From Eledone cirrhosa (Eukaryota), in contig OZ024747.1 in NCBI GenBank assembly GCA_964016885.1, forward strand, positions 89,528,001-89,592,000: a stretch of 64,000 bases of DNA, read 5' to 3'. Position numbers and translations under genes: made by a program. Each line of letters starts with the position of its first letter. The first letter of the stretch is position 1. The notes beneath the pieces were generated by a model that saw nothing but the letters and a program-made list of their open reading frames with translations, was not told the origin of the DNA and did no database searches. Shown here piece by piece: positions 1 through 12,865 of this stretch.

Positions 1-83
1 GCTCCCACAATTCTTGCACCTAATATTTATGGGTTTATTTAATTTAACTGCTATTAACAGTTTAGTTTAAAATTATTTCAAAC

Positions 84-518
84 AAAAAATGCACCCGGTC
101 CACACTGTAAAGTGGTCTTGTAGGTGTCACAACAAATGCACACAGTCCACACTGTAAAGTGGTCGTGTAGGTGTTATGACCAAGAACATGCAGTACACAC
201 TGTAAAGTGGTCGTGTAGGTGTCATGACCAAAAGCATCCAGTCCACACTGTAAAGAGGTTGTGTAGGTGCCACAACCAAAAGCATCCAGTCCACACTGTA
301 AAGTGGTCATGTAGGTGTCACAACAAAAAGCACCTAGTACTCACTGTAAATATAGTTGGCATTGGATAGGGCATCAAGCTGTAGAAACCATACCAAAATC
401 AGTTCTGCATGAGCAAGACATGGTCACCTGACCTAGCATTGCTCACAACAGGACAACTTGTTAAATCCATGCTAGCGTGGGAAAATGGACATGAAACAGT
501 GATGTTGATGATGATGAG
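84..518 (+). mobile_element. RTE-related non-autonomous repeat (RTE 3'UTR module) with ~5 tandem copies of a ~50-bp unit and a (GAT)n tail
   Basis: Repeated gcacccagtccacactgtaaagtggtcgtgtaggtgtcacaacaaa units are followed by agggcatcaagctgtagaaacc...ccatgctagcgtgggaaaatggac...gatgatgatg. The same module forms the 3'UTR of the RTE at 60040-60345. Confidence 0.8.
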
Positions 519-1118
519 AAACAATCTATAAACTCAGTCAAATCTAACTTGGTGACCAGCTAATGGATGTACACCAATTACTGGGAATTCTGTTCATCAA
601 CTTGGCATTTTTAAAAAAGATTTTTTTTTTTTTCCTTTCATAATCATTATTGTGTATTGTAGAAAACTTCATTATTACTTTGTTGCTTTTATGTCATCAG
701 TGAATCGTGACAAAATAGCAATGATATTAACCTTTGTGTTTTCATTTAGTTCATTGTTTAGTCTCATTTCTTTCTGTTTTGACAATTTCTGACAACCAAT
801 GAATTTTCACTTTAGTATTTCCTTAATTACAACTTTTCTCAGCATTTCAAATTCCAAAAGAAAAAAAGAAATTGAATAAACTAGTCTATTTGTTATTACT
901 TTTTCTGGGACTGCATGAGAATATTCTTGGTTATTTATTTTAGAATCTTAAAGATTTAAATGGAAATATGTCTGTGAGTTGTTTCATTTATTTAGTTCTT
1001 ATTTTATATCAAATTTTGTAAACATCAATGTTGTTGGTTATAAGTTTTCATTTGGTCAGTCATGGATTCATCACATTTCTGATGGAAACAATGACAAGGG
1101 TGTATGATTATAATTGTG

Positions 1119-1166
<48 letters not shown>

Positions 1167-1363
1167 AATATATATATAAGTATATATATATGTGTGTGAA
1201 TATATATATATATGTATATATATATGCATGTGTGTGAATATATATATATATAGCAGAGTATAAATATTTAATATAGAAATGGATTCTACAGGACTAGAAC
1301 TGTTTCATTTGGGAGAAATCATCCTTACTTACTGTGGTTACACCCCGATTGAACCCAGGATAA

Positions 1364-1416
<53 letters not shown>

Positions 1417-1423
<7 letters not shown>

Positions 1424-1760
1424 AAAAAAAATTGAAATCGAAAATGCAACTGGAGTCTTATATTTTTTTAAAATATATATATTTATTTGGTTCCTTTACC
1501 AGTTTCGCAGTTCTTCTGCTTTTCAAAAGGTGAGTTGAGATGAGATGTGAGCAAAACCACAGACCCTCCATCTCAACTCACCTTTTGAAAAGCAGAAGAA
1601 CTGCGAAACCGGTAAAGGAACCAAATAAATATATATATTTCTTTAAAAAAATAAGACTCCAGTTGCATTTTCGATTTCATCTCTTTTTCTTTATACTTTC
1701 ACTCGTGTAGGACACCTCGGTTATTTTTCAATTTGTAAAAAAAACCTCACTTTCTAATAT
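1417..1760. mobile_element. Small foldback element, probably a non-autonomous Penelope-like element: ~125-bp inverted arms plus a 3' extension, inserted in (TA)n
   Basis: 1417-1542 is the reverse complement of 1569-1695. The right arm extends to ~1760. TA microsatellite flanks both sides and each arm carries a hammerhead motif. Confidence 0.75.
1581..1618 (+). ncRNA. Minimal type I hammerhead ribozyme, U3-A8 core variant
   Basis: cctt-TTGAAAA-gcag(aagaa)ctgc-GAAA-ccgg-TA-aagg gives stem I cctt/aagg, stem II gcag/ctgc and palindromic stem III ACCGGT. A mirror copy lies on the minus strand at 1493-1530 with one stem III change. Confidence 0.7.
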
Positions 1761-1834
<74 letters not shown>

Positions 1835-1874
1835 GAAACATAAGTCAATTGCATGAACTCATAATCCTTTATTT

Positions 1875-1930
1875 ACTGCTATATATATTTCGATGATAGC
1901 CATTGAATGGCTATGGCCTCATCAGGCAGT
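1875..1930 (-). ncRNA. Minimal type I hammerhead ribozyme, canonical core
   Basis: The minus strand reads actgc-CTGATGA-ggccatagcca(ttcaa)tggctatcatc-GAAA-tatata-TA-gcagt. Stem I is actgc/gcagt. It sits in a ~165-bp island between TA tracts. Confidence 0.65.
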
Positions 1931-1989
1931 TAGTCAGTTCTTAGATATGCCAGCTCTGTGTGTATAATGTTGATGTTATCAGAGCCTTG

Positions 1990-2021
<32 letters not shown>

Positions 2022-2237
2022 TACCAAACACTAATACTGTTAATTATATAAATTAATTTACATATGTTTCATCTTACATCTTTCTAGTTTTGTATTTGAA
2101 AACAAATTTCTCTCTATTAACACACACACACACAATGATCCACAGAAGACAGACAATGAGTGAGAATTGACTTTGTGTATGTGTCTTCTGAATTTTATGT
2201 TCCCTTTTCTCCCATGTGTTTAAATATATATATACAC

Positions 2238-4213
2238 CCCATCGCTGTGGGCAATGTCTTCCGGAGGCTGGCTGCCAAGGTGATCTGCAAGTCCGTCACA
2301 CACGAACTGGGTGAGGAGTTTAGTCCAGTGTAACTGGGTGTCGGCGTGTCCGGTGGCTGTGAGGGAGCCTCTCATGCAATCAGGCAGTTATTCAGCAGCT
2401 GCCCATCGGTACTGCCATCCAGGGACTCCAGGCACCTCATTGTCAAGCTTGACATGAGGAATCTCTTTAACTCTCTACGCTGGGATCATCTGCTTGAGGC
2501 CTGCCTCAGCCGACCCCCTCTGCCTACCCACTGGCCTACCTGTCATATGGAGCCCCGAGCATGCTCCTAGCTGCTGATATGGTCATACCCTCGGCAACTG
2601 GGGTCCAACAGGGTGACCCTTTAGGACCCCTCCTGTTCGCCCTTGGTATTGACCACATCGCCCGGAGTATCACAGCCCCTCTCAACGTTTGTAATCTGGA
2701 TGATGTTACGTTGGGCGGGCCCATACAGTTGGTCTGCTAAGACCTTCAATCGGTTATTCCTGCCCTGGCGGGAATCGGCCTTCAGGTCAACTCGGCCAAG
2801 TCGGAGGTGGTGAACCTCAGCCTTGATGCTGTGAGCTTTGCAGCCTCTGTCTTGGACGTGCAGTCCATTCTCCGCCAGGTTCAGGTGACCCCCAAAGAGG
2901 ATGTCCTCATCCTCGGGTCACCGATCCACCCGCCGGCCATCCGCTCCACCATCAGGTCCAGGCTTCAACAGCTCCAGACTCTTACGAGCCGATTGGGCTT
3001 GATTGACGGCCACCCAGCTCTCTTTCTGCTGAGGAACTGCTTCGCCATGCCGAAGCTCCTCTATACACTCCGCAGCGCTCCATGCTACACCCAGACATCT
3101 CTCCTCGCTGACCTCGATACTTGTATCCGAGCAGCAGCCGAGGGGATAAGCAACGTCAAGTTTGACGACATAGGGTGGCAACAGGCCACTTTACCGGTCA
3201 GGTATGGCGGCCTAGGCCTCCGGTCCCTGATCTCACTAGCTTTGCCGGCGTATCTTTCATCGGTAACCTCGTGCCGCGTCCTCGTCAGCAGGGTTCTTCA
3301 AAACACTACAGAACCCTCTGTGTTCAGAGAACATGAGGCCGCCTGTGAGACGTGGGACCGGCTGGGACTTAGCCTAGTAGACGTCCCTCCTCCTTCTCCC
3401 CCTGTTGATGTCAAGTCCCCTCAACGTACTTGGGATGTCATCCAGTGCAGCCTGGCCTCAGACGGGCTCATGCGCCAGCTCAACCAGCACTGCCTTGCTT
3501 GTTTTCGTGCGCCCTCCAAACCCCACAGTGGTGCCTGGCTCCATGCTCTGCCCTCCTCCACTGACATGCAGCTAGACAACCATAGCCTGCGAATCGGCGT
3601 TTCCCCGAGGCTTGGCCTCCGGATCTGCCAACTACACCAATGTTGCTGCGGTTCAACCGTGGACTCTTTCGTCCTCCACCCGCTTTCCTGTCACCACAGT
3701 GCCGGCCGTATTCCACGCCATGCTGCCCTCAATGAGGTCATTAAGCATGGCTTGGATGCTGCAGACTTCCCTTCCCAGCTCGAGCCGGTGGGGCTGGATT
3801 GAGGGGACGGCAAAAGGCCAGATGGCATGACCATCTTCCCGTTCCGCGGTGGCAAACCCCTCGTCTGGGATGCCACTTGCACCAACACTTTCTGCAGCCG
3901 CAACCTGGTGCAGTCTGCGACTGACCCAGGTTTTGCTGCACGTCGGGCTGAGGGGGCCAAACTCCTGAAATACCGGTCGCTCTCTAACAGGTTTGCGGTC
4001 GTTCCCTTGGCAGTGGAAACTTCTGGTGTCCTCGGCCCCAGGGCTACCTCCTTACTGACCACCATAGGCGCTGAGCTGGCCAGCCGTAGGTGTGAGCCCT
4101 GCGAGTTGGAGTGGCTTTTCCAGCGCGTCTCCCTTGCCGTCCTGCGGGGAAACGCCTTCTCCATTCTGTCCGCCGGGGCTGTGGGTGGGCCCCATCGCGT
4201 ACCATTACATTAG
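2238..4213 (+). mobile_element. 5'-truncated, decayed CRE-clade-like non-LTR retrotransposon (RT, CCHC knuckle and restriction-like endonuclease)
   Basis: Motifs seen: PIAVGNVFRRLAAK, LGVG..GCE, KLDMRNLFN, GVQQGDPLGPLLF, NLDD (decayed YLDD), LPVRYGGLG, CxCG..H.LSC...RH, RPDG...WD..K..KY..PLAVETSG. Stops at 2331, 2738 and 3800 and a frameshift near 2525. Much more GC-rich than the flanks. Confidence 0.9.
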
Positions 4214-4593
4214 TTAAATACCATTCTTTATCTCATACGTAATTAATATACGATAGTGTTTTCATATTACACTGATAGCCTGGTTTCAATGTATGTATTT
4301 TACCTATATATCGATGGTAAGAAACTCCCAGGAGAGTTGGACAGCACTAAGTCTGGTACATGTTTAATTGTGTAATGCTAGAGAGCATGAACAACACAGC
4401 ACAAGTGAACTGAGAGAAAAATTAGATATAAGAGGAATTGTATGTAGTGTGCAAGTAAGAAAATTATGAGGCTACGAACATGTGATGGAAGATGACAGTT
4501 ATATAGAAAAGTTCAAAGAAATTTCAATGGATGAGACCATTTATGTTTTTGCTGATACATAATTAACTCTGTATATATATTTGTTAATATATC

Positions 4594-4822
4594 TTAACCT
4601 TTTAGTATTTAAACCAGCCATATCCGGCCAGAATTCTCTTACCTCTTTCTGTTCAAACCGGCCATAACTGGCTGCTCATACTGATGTTAAGGTATTGTTC
4701 TCAAAATAAATAACATCAAAATCTGGAAGATTTTGATATCATGTGAGATAATTATGTCAGATAAAGCCTTTACCATAAAAATACATAGTAAATATAGAGT
4801 AATGTAAATGCTAAACGGTTAA
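4594..4822 (+). mobile_element. piggyBac-like MITE (TTAA target, CCy-TTTAGCATTTA TIRs)
   Basis: ttaa-ccttttagtatttaaa ... taaatgctaaacgg-ttaa. The internal sequence is shared with the copies at 19861, 38045, 43726, 45044 and 52411. Confidence 0.8.
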
Positions 4823-4864
4823 ACTCTTTGTATTGAGTACTCTGATTTTTGTTCAAACTAACAA

Positions 4865-5087
4865 TGCATACACAGACACACACCACACAACATACACACA
4901 CACACAATACACACACACCACACACTTGGCACACCACACAAACACACTCAGCACACCACACAAACATACGCACCACACACACAAACACACACATATCACA
5001 CACAAACACACACACAAACACAAAATCACACACACAAACACACACAAACACGCACACCCCTACATACACACCACACACATACACAAA
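4865..5087. repeat. Degenerate (CA)n microsatellite
   Basis: Continuous CA/CACCA repeats. Confidence 0.9.
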
Positions 5088-6737
5088 TAGATAACAGTGA
5101 TTGATAGTTTTATCAGGAAATGACTACATAATTATTTCAACGTATGTAAAATGACTTTTCATTGCTGACAATTTTCTCATCTAAATTAATAATAATTAAT
5201 TATTCATAGAATTGACAGTACTATTAATGAAGGTTCTCTGTATAATAGTTACAAACAATGCTCCAGAATGGTCTTAAGTAAATTGAAACTGAGGAAGAGA
5301 AACTTGTTGGCACTTCTTTGAATTGAGAGATCACAGCTCTGATACTATGGGTATGTGGTTAGAATGTCTCAAGAAAGAATGTGTAGCTTGGAGATCAGAT
5401 AATATAGTAATGGTTTCTGATATAGGCACAAGGCCAGCAATTTGAAGGGGTAGGAGGGTTGACTAAATTAACCCCAATGTATTACTGGTGCTATTATTTT
5501 ACTGGTAAAAATTTCACTCTAAGTGTTGGCAAGTTTATTAGTTGATTCCTTATTGGAGATGGCCTCTTACAGCTTTTGTTACACAAGTAAAGTCGATATT
5601 AACGAATCAAATATATAATTTTTATAAGCAATATTGTGATAAAAGTCACGTCTCTAACTTTCAAGTAATTGTTATAAGATGATTTTTGTTACTGCTAAGC
5701 AACTATAGTTAAGATCATTTTCAAAAGGTTGCTGGACTTTCTTGGAAGCTATTAATAACGAAGATGATTTTCATTTTCATTAAATTTGAATAGATTGGTT
5801 AATAAGTTGCTGTTGGAGGTCTGTATGAGATGAATTCTCAGTAAGTGGTTACTGCTAAACCATTGTAAACACATGATTAGATCATTAAATGTTTAGAATT
5901 GAAGTGTTCAGAGTTAAAGCTTTGTGATGTAATGACAAATCGTTACTGTTAGATGGGCACTCTAACTCCATATGATTAATGAACTAACTTCAGACATTCT
6001 GTTGCCATTAGATTTACAAAGGCAGCAGAAAATCTTTGGAAATTTAACTTTATAGATTAATGAAATAAAAGGAGAGGAAAACGAAAAAAAATAAATCGAA
6101 AATGTAATTAATTTAGAGAATACATATTGGATGTAAAAGGCTTTATATTGTGGAGAGTTTGAAGTATAGTTCAAATATATAATTAAATGTGAGATTCAGT
6201 TGTAAATTAAAATGAAAGAGATATTCTTCGCATTTTCATAATTCATTAAGTAGTGGACAGAATTGTTATTTGCCAAGTATAAATTTTATTTCTATTGCTC
6301 TTAACACTTCAAAATAACAGGTACATCATTGTTTTAGAAATATAAAATCTGAAATTTGTTCAGGTTTTCAATAACAACTATATATGTGCATACCTTAAAA
6401 AATATATAAATCACCCATATTAGTCAGATTTTAATTATTCCAATGATATTTAAATGATTCAAGTTTCTAGAATAAATTCACTTAGAGATACAGACAATTA
6501 CATTATTCTAAATAATTTGAATAAATTTTAATAGATAATAAATGCCATGGGAATATTTTCCATATATTTTCAATACTTAATTTACTATTAAGTTAAGGGT
6601 ACATTTAGAAGAATGACAAATATTTAGGTCTTAATTTTTTCCCCTCTAAATATAATCTGTAAACAGAATGAAAAATAATCATTAAGAAAAAATACATTGA
6701 TACTTAGTTGTTTGAGATGCTGTTATTGTTGCTCTAT

Positions 6738-7150
6738 ATGATGGAGGTGGTGTGAGATGGTGAGGATGGTGATGATGGTGATAGTGATGGTGGTGGTGAG
6801 GATGATGATGGTGAGGATGGTGATGGTGAGGATGGTGATGGTGATGATGATGGTGATGGTGAGGATGGTGATGGTGAGGATGGTGATGGTAATCATCATC
6901 ATCATCATCATCATCGTTTAACGTCCATCTTCCACGCTAGCATGGGTTTGGACGGGAATTGTCCCACTTGAGGCAAGATTGGTTGTCCTGCTCGTATAGG
7001 ACTGTCTGACAGGTTTTCTACAGCTGGATGCCCTTCCTAACACCAACCACGTTTACAGTGTGGAACTGGGAGGTTTTTACCATGTTACCTACATGGCCAC
7101 ATTACAGCGTGGACTGTGTGTTTTTTTGTTGTGACACCTACACGACTTCA
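6738..7150 (-). repeat. (GAT/GGT)n tract followed by a minus-strand RTE-tail repeat
   Basis: Trinucleotide tract at 6738-6890, then catcatcat-cgtttaacgtccatcttccacgctagcatggg...ggatgcccttcctaacaccaacc. Confidence 0.8.
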
Positions 7151-7829
7151 TTTATTTAGGACTGGATTGGTGATGATATGATGGTGAGGATCGATGGTCA
7201 TGGTGATAAGGAGGGTGATGATGGTGGTGATGAGAGTGAAGATGACAAAGAGGATGAGGATAATGATGATGATAATGATGATAGAATTGTGATGATAATG
7301 ATAGTAACCATGTAACTACATATAATTTTACATATAATATTGAACAGAAATCATCCTTTAAATTACTTTCTTAGTGAAAATTGAGAATTTTAGATAAGAA
7401 AAAGTTGTATCATTTTACTCAGGAAAAAGTTTGCTTCTCTGACAGTAAAATTGATGACATTTTCAATTTAGGCAACACAAGAGCATGAATAACACACAAA
7501 AGGATTTGCTAATACATTTATATTGAATTATCTTCAAATTTTCTGACGTCTCTTTTTTCTAGCATGATTGTCTGAAATTCACCTTATTCTCTATTTAGTG
7601 ACGTTTCCAGTACAAATAGTTAATCAATTAGTGGAACATTTTGATTGATAACAATTTTTTTAAAAAAGCACTAATGATTTTGAAAGACTAAATTCTTTAA
7701 TCAGGAACAATGAACTTACACTATAATGTTAACAATGTGGAATGTTGATTTAGTGTGAAAGATGTGTGATATGGTGGTTGAGTGTTAAAAATAGGGGTTC
7801 AATGATTGTGTGAGTAAACTGGTGCAGTG

Positions 7830-8101
7830 CAGGGTCAGATTTAATGGGGGGCAAAGGGGCAATTGCCCCGGGCTCCCAGCAGTGGAGGACCCCACCGGTG
7901 ATTACTGGGCTTTTTAGTTTAGGGTGGTTAGAATTTTTTAATTTAATACCTGTATATATAACCTTTCAATTCCAGTTACTTGTGCTAAACTAATTTTGAT
8001 AGGTAAAATTGGTGGGGTTTGCTGTGTATTCTAATTTTTTGTGTATGAGAGCCCTCCCCTCAAACATGAAATGCCTCGGGCCCCCAAAGGTCTAAACCCT
8101 G
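7830..8101 (+). mobile_element. hAT-like MITE (second copy at 11322-11628)
   Basis: cagggtcagatttaatgggggg ... ggtctaaaccctg. The internal sequence is homologous to 11322-11628. Confidence 0.7.
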
Positions 8102-8292
8102 GTGGGTGGATTGGCAGTATCAGTAGAGAGTCGGATGCCATGCTTTGTGGCATAGAGTTACGCCCCTTTATGGTCTAAGTTCAAATCCTGCCGAGGTTAA
8201 CTTTGCCTTTCATCTTTATGGGTCGATAAAATAAAGTACCAGTAATACACTGGGATAATTGCTGGCCTAGTGCCACAAGTAGAAACAATTAT
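8101..8292 (+). mobile_element. Abundant tRNA-derived SINE with a conserved central domain (reference copy). Other copies: + ~10960-11180, 16387-16565, 22690-22840, 24118-24335, 33360-33435, 35160-35280, 47175-47600, 52927-53035; - ~9235-9420, 12560-12700, 19455-19660, 23350-23447, 32120-32240, 34973-35158, 37313-37660, 42405-42590, 46375-46515, 51718-51905
   Basis: A-box-like tggcagtatcggtagag, B-box-like gagttcaaatcc, core aggttaactttgcctttcatccttacggggtcgataaaataaagtaccagt and tail ggccttgtgccaaaagtagaaacaatt recur about 20 times. The copy at 32120 has a 14-bp TSD taccttattataat. Confidence 0.9.
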
Positions 8293-9100
8293 TAAAATGT
8301 TCAACTTATCCATATGTTATAGATTCAAATTTAGTGAAGTAGTTTTGAGTCTTTCAGTAAGATATGTACTATATATGCACTGATTGTTTTCCCCTCCTCT
8401 TACTAATCTAATTTAACTCTTAACATCCTGTATTGCTTCAACAAAAATATCTAAAAATAGGGGCCTGTTAATTCAACTGTATATAGCATCTTTACTAGTG
8501 AACTGATTCTTGCAGTCAAGTAAATTCTATATTAAGCAAACTTCATAGCAATGAGAATATTACAAAGCATATTTCCTTTCTGATAACCAACATTTTTTTT
8601 TTTCTATACAAGGTTGGCAGATGTGGAAGGCTGAGGTTGAATGGTAGTCAGAGTTGATCAATATAAACAGAATATTTGCATTTTGAGAAGTATAAGTTGA
8701 GAGAAATCTATTGGATATGTAACTGGATATGTAAGTTGAGCCTTAAATATAGATTAATTGAACTTCTGTAGAAAAACCTCAAAATCAGAATATTGGTCAA
8801 TATATGAGATTTAAAAGATATATCTAAAAATTTGGGGCATGTGATTAAAATCAAGAAATCTATATCATACTAATGTGGTAAAATGGATTAAAAATTGAAG
8901 ATAATAATTATGAGGTGGGTGGGGGTTGGAGAAGAATATAGGATGGTAGTGGTTATATTCAAATATATTTTGCTTTAAATTTTGATAAATTTATTTTAAA
9001 ATCTTGTGCAATCTTTAACTTGTGCTGTATTTCTATTTATATGATTACACACACACACACACACACACAACATGAAAAATAGAAGTAAAGGGCTGGTGAT

Positions 9101-9181
<81 letters not shown>

Positions 9182-9510
9182 TTGTAATTTTAAACACAAT
9201 TTACTGTGTTTATTACTATATATATTATTATATAATTTCTACTTTTGACACAAGGCCAGCAATTATCCCAGTACATTTCTGGTACTTTATTTTATCGACC
9301 TCGTAAGGATAAAAGGCAAAGTTAACCTCAACGGGATTTGAACTCAGAGAGTAAAGGGACATAACTATGCTAGAAAGCATGGCATCCGACCCTCTACCGA
9401 TACTGCCAATTCACCGCCCTTTATTTATACTTTGAGCTTGTTAATTGCAGGGTATCAGTATGAGTTATTAACTCTGCCTCTTATTTGTATATATGTATAT
9501 ATATATATAT

Positions 9511-9800
9511 CATCATCACCGTTTTACGTTGATGTCTCAACACTAGCATGAGTTAGATGGGTTGTCCTGTTGTGGGCAATAGGCAATGCCAGGTCAGGTG
9601 ACTGTGTCTTGCTCATACAGGACTGATTTGGGCTCAGTTTCTACAGCTGGATGCCCTTCCTAACACCAACCTCATTTACAGTGTGGACTGGGTGCTTTTT
9701 GTCGTGATACCTACACGACCACTTTACAGTGGGAGGGATGTGGGGGCATATTGTCTATATGCTTCAGCTTCGGCTTGTACCCATGGGAAATCAGGTCCTC
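9511..9800 (-). mobile_element. 3' end of RTE family B (3'UTR and last codons)
   Basis: Matches 60050-60375 (cgttttacgt...ggatgcccttcctaacaccaacc...ggggcatattgtctatatgcttcagc...gtacccatggg). Confidence 0.8.
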
Positions 9801-9890
<90 letters not shown>

Positions 9891-10049
9891 GTGTGTGTGG
9901 TGTGTGTGTGGTGTGTGTGGTGTGTGTATGGTGTGTGTGTGTGGTGTGTGTGTGGTGTGTGTGGTGTGTGTGTGGTGTGTGTGTGTATCATCATCATTTA
10001 ATGTCCATCTTTATTTATACATACATATATACTTCTAAATGATTGAAAA

Positions 10050-10342
10050 TCCCATAAACCGAGGTAGTATGCAGGAGAGGATACTGCATTGGTATGGACA
10101 TGTGATGCACATGGGCAATAACTGATGGGTGAAGAAATGCCAGGAAATCCCAGTGGAAGGAAGCCGCAATAGAGGATGACCAAGAAAGACCTGGGCAAAG
10201 GTTGTGAGAGCAGACCTCAAATTGCAAAAACTGGCTGAGGAGATGACGAAGGAATGCAGCAAGTAGAGAAATACCATGCTGAGAGGAACCTGTCCAAACC
10301 ATGCGAGCATGGAAAAGCGGATGTAAAAATGATGATGATGAT
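10050..10342 (+). mobile_element. 3' fragment of RTE family A (further fragments: 35420-36045 minus, 56953-57136 plus)
   Basis: The WYGHVM..D..W.KKC..G....GRP.KTW-type region and (GAT)n tail are homologous to 15720-16003. Confidence 0.85.
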
Positions 10343-11321
10343 GCCAGCAATGACAAACCAATTACTATTTAATTAGCAGACAGTGCTGAGTTCAGCATGT
10401 TACGTGGACATAACTGGGGAGGGGGACGCTATCAAACTGATATAGCTTAAATACATTGCATGAACTCAGTGGTTTTATTAAATGGTTTTACCTCTTTGTT
10501 TATAGAAGTCTACCATTATAAACATTTGTGGGCACAAGCAAGATTATGATGTCTAGACGTTTGCTGCTTTGAGGCTTCAGTTTGTATCAAATGTTTCACA
10601 CCATAAGCAAATTTCTTCTAGCACAGCTTCAGGTCATTAAAAGTCTTGTGTGTAAAATTTGGTAAATAGTAAATTATCTGTTCATAATGATCTCTGTGTA
10701 TGTTTGTGTTTGTCTGTGCTTGGATGTTTATGAGTACATAAGTGTGTATGTGTGTGTGTAATTTATGATATAAAAATAGCAGCCAAATCTTGTTCAAATC
10801 CCACTCTACTATGTTAAAAAAGGGAAGGACAAATTAGTTAATGTGATCATAAATACAAGACAAGATGATCATTGTTGGAATGCCTTGATCACAGAACTCC
10901 TTGGTCAGAGCTGATCATGAGCTAAACAACTGAAGCTATTATTTGTACTTACTTCAGTGTGGTGGATAGGCAGTATTGGTAGAACACCAGACAACATGCT
11001 TCACAGTTTAGTGTTGTGGGCTTTTACATTCTGATTTCAAATCCTGCCAAGGTTAGCTTTGCCTTTCATCCATACAGGGTCGATAAAATAAAGTACCAGT
11101 AATGCACTGAGGTTGATTTAATAAATTTTTCTTTCCCCTACAATTGTTGTCCTTGTGTCTAAATCAGAAAACATTATTTACACTAAAGCTAGATGAACTT
11201 GGTCATTGAGCCAAGTGTCTTGACTATAGACACAAAGCAGTTGTAATTCCAGACTATGGCCTGTTGACCATTTATCTTTTATTTGACAGTATATTAACTT
11301 GCGCATTTGTGCTCTCATAAT

Positions 11322-11628
11322 CAGGGCTGGATTTAATGAGGGGCAAAAGAGGCAATTGCCCTAGACCCCTGCTGTGGTGTGTTCCGCCACTGATCGCCGC
11401 AGCAATTTATTTGTGCCCTCAGCTGGGCTTTTTAGTTTTAGGATAGTTAGAATTTTTTAATTTAATACCTGTATGTATAAAATTTCAATTCCAATTACTT
11501 GCACCAAAATAACTTTGATATGTAAAATTGAGGGGGAAGGGCTGTGTATTCTAATGTTTTTTTTGTGTATGAGGAGCCCCCCAAAACCTGAAGTGCCCCC
11601 TCTCCCCCAAGGTCTAAGTCCAACCTTT
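11322..11628 (+). mobile_element. hAT-like MITE with 8-bp TSD
   Basis: TIR cagggctggattta / taagtccaacctt, flanked by the direct repeat ctcataat (11314-11321 and 11629-11636). Confidence 0.8.
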
Positions 11629-12698
11629 CTCATAATCCATCATATTTTACTGATACTCAGTTGATTAATTTGAGGTGAAGAAATACAGCAGACGAGACAC
11701 ATCATAAGTTTAAACCTTGCTATTTATTTATCATTGTTATAATGCCTACTGATGAAGATACATTAATCTGCTTGCCTCATTTTTCTTGGCTGACAACAAG
11801 TATCTCTTTTCTTTTCTGTTTGATAAACAACAGAAGTAGTATCTAGCTGTCATAATATTTATTCTAAGACTATGAGAAAGAAAAGCATAGACATAAAATA
11901 CTAACAAATGCCATTTGATGAAATATAATTTATGGTTTCATTTTGGAAATAATAAATATTGCAAAAATTTCAATAGAATATATTTCTCTCATATATTCCA
12001 AAATTACTTTGTTGGGAGCAACATAGATGTGGTTTATTTTAAAAAATTATATAAAATGTCACAACAATAATATGACATAACTCAGCTATGACTTGATGTA
12101 TCTGAGCAATGGCATGGAGAGTGTCTCATCTATGACATGGGGGTGTTACAATTTATGATATATGGTGACTCAACAAGAATATAGGGTTTTCAAAATAGTA
12201 TTCCATAAGTTAACTGAAGTTATGTACTCCTTTTCAGAAAACGAAGACAAGATTTTAATAAGTCTATTACTGAATAGATTTATGAGTTCAGATCTTCTGT
12301 AGGCATTTCATTGTGTCAGTGGGCATGACACTTGCATCGGTGGAGAGATGTGCTGGAAAAGACCTGTCCAACCATACAAGAATGGAAAAGTGAACGTGAA
12401 AGAGTGATGATATATATACATATGTATGTATGTATGGTCCCGTAACTCCTGATAGAGTCATAGGAGTGCCGTATTGATATATGGCATTTCTTGGGCATTT
12501 GAAGCCTGGCAGAGCCCATCCCTCTCCAGGCCTGAGTGCAGCAGACTGCTTCCAGGGAGAGGAAGAATCAACCCAGTACTAGACTGGTACTTTTTTAGAC
12601 CTCGAAAGGCTGCAAAACAAAGTTGACCTCGACAGGATTTGAACTCAAATGCCGAAAAGCATTTTATCCAATGTTTTAATGACACTGCCAATTCGCTG

Positions 12699-12758
<60 letters not shown>

Positions 12759-12865
12759 CATCATCATCGTTTAATGTCCATCTTCCATGCTAGCATGGGT
12801 CATATATATATATATTAAAAAAAATTTTTTTTTTTAATGTAAAATGGAGGGATAGAGAGGGCCCT

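Noticed and set aside
84-350. Repeat array resembling CRISPR
   Set aside because: The units are contiguous degenerate copies of the RTE UTR module, with no unique spacers and a eukaryotic context.
3480-4164. Antisense ORFs over the CRE element (likewise over the RTE copies)
   Set aside because: These are shadow ORFs of GC-rich or coding sequence on the other strand.
11747-11775. CTGATGA followed by a short stem
   Set aside because: No GAAA or closing stems.
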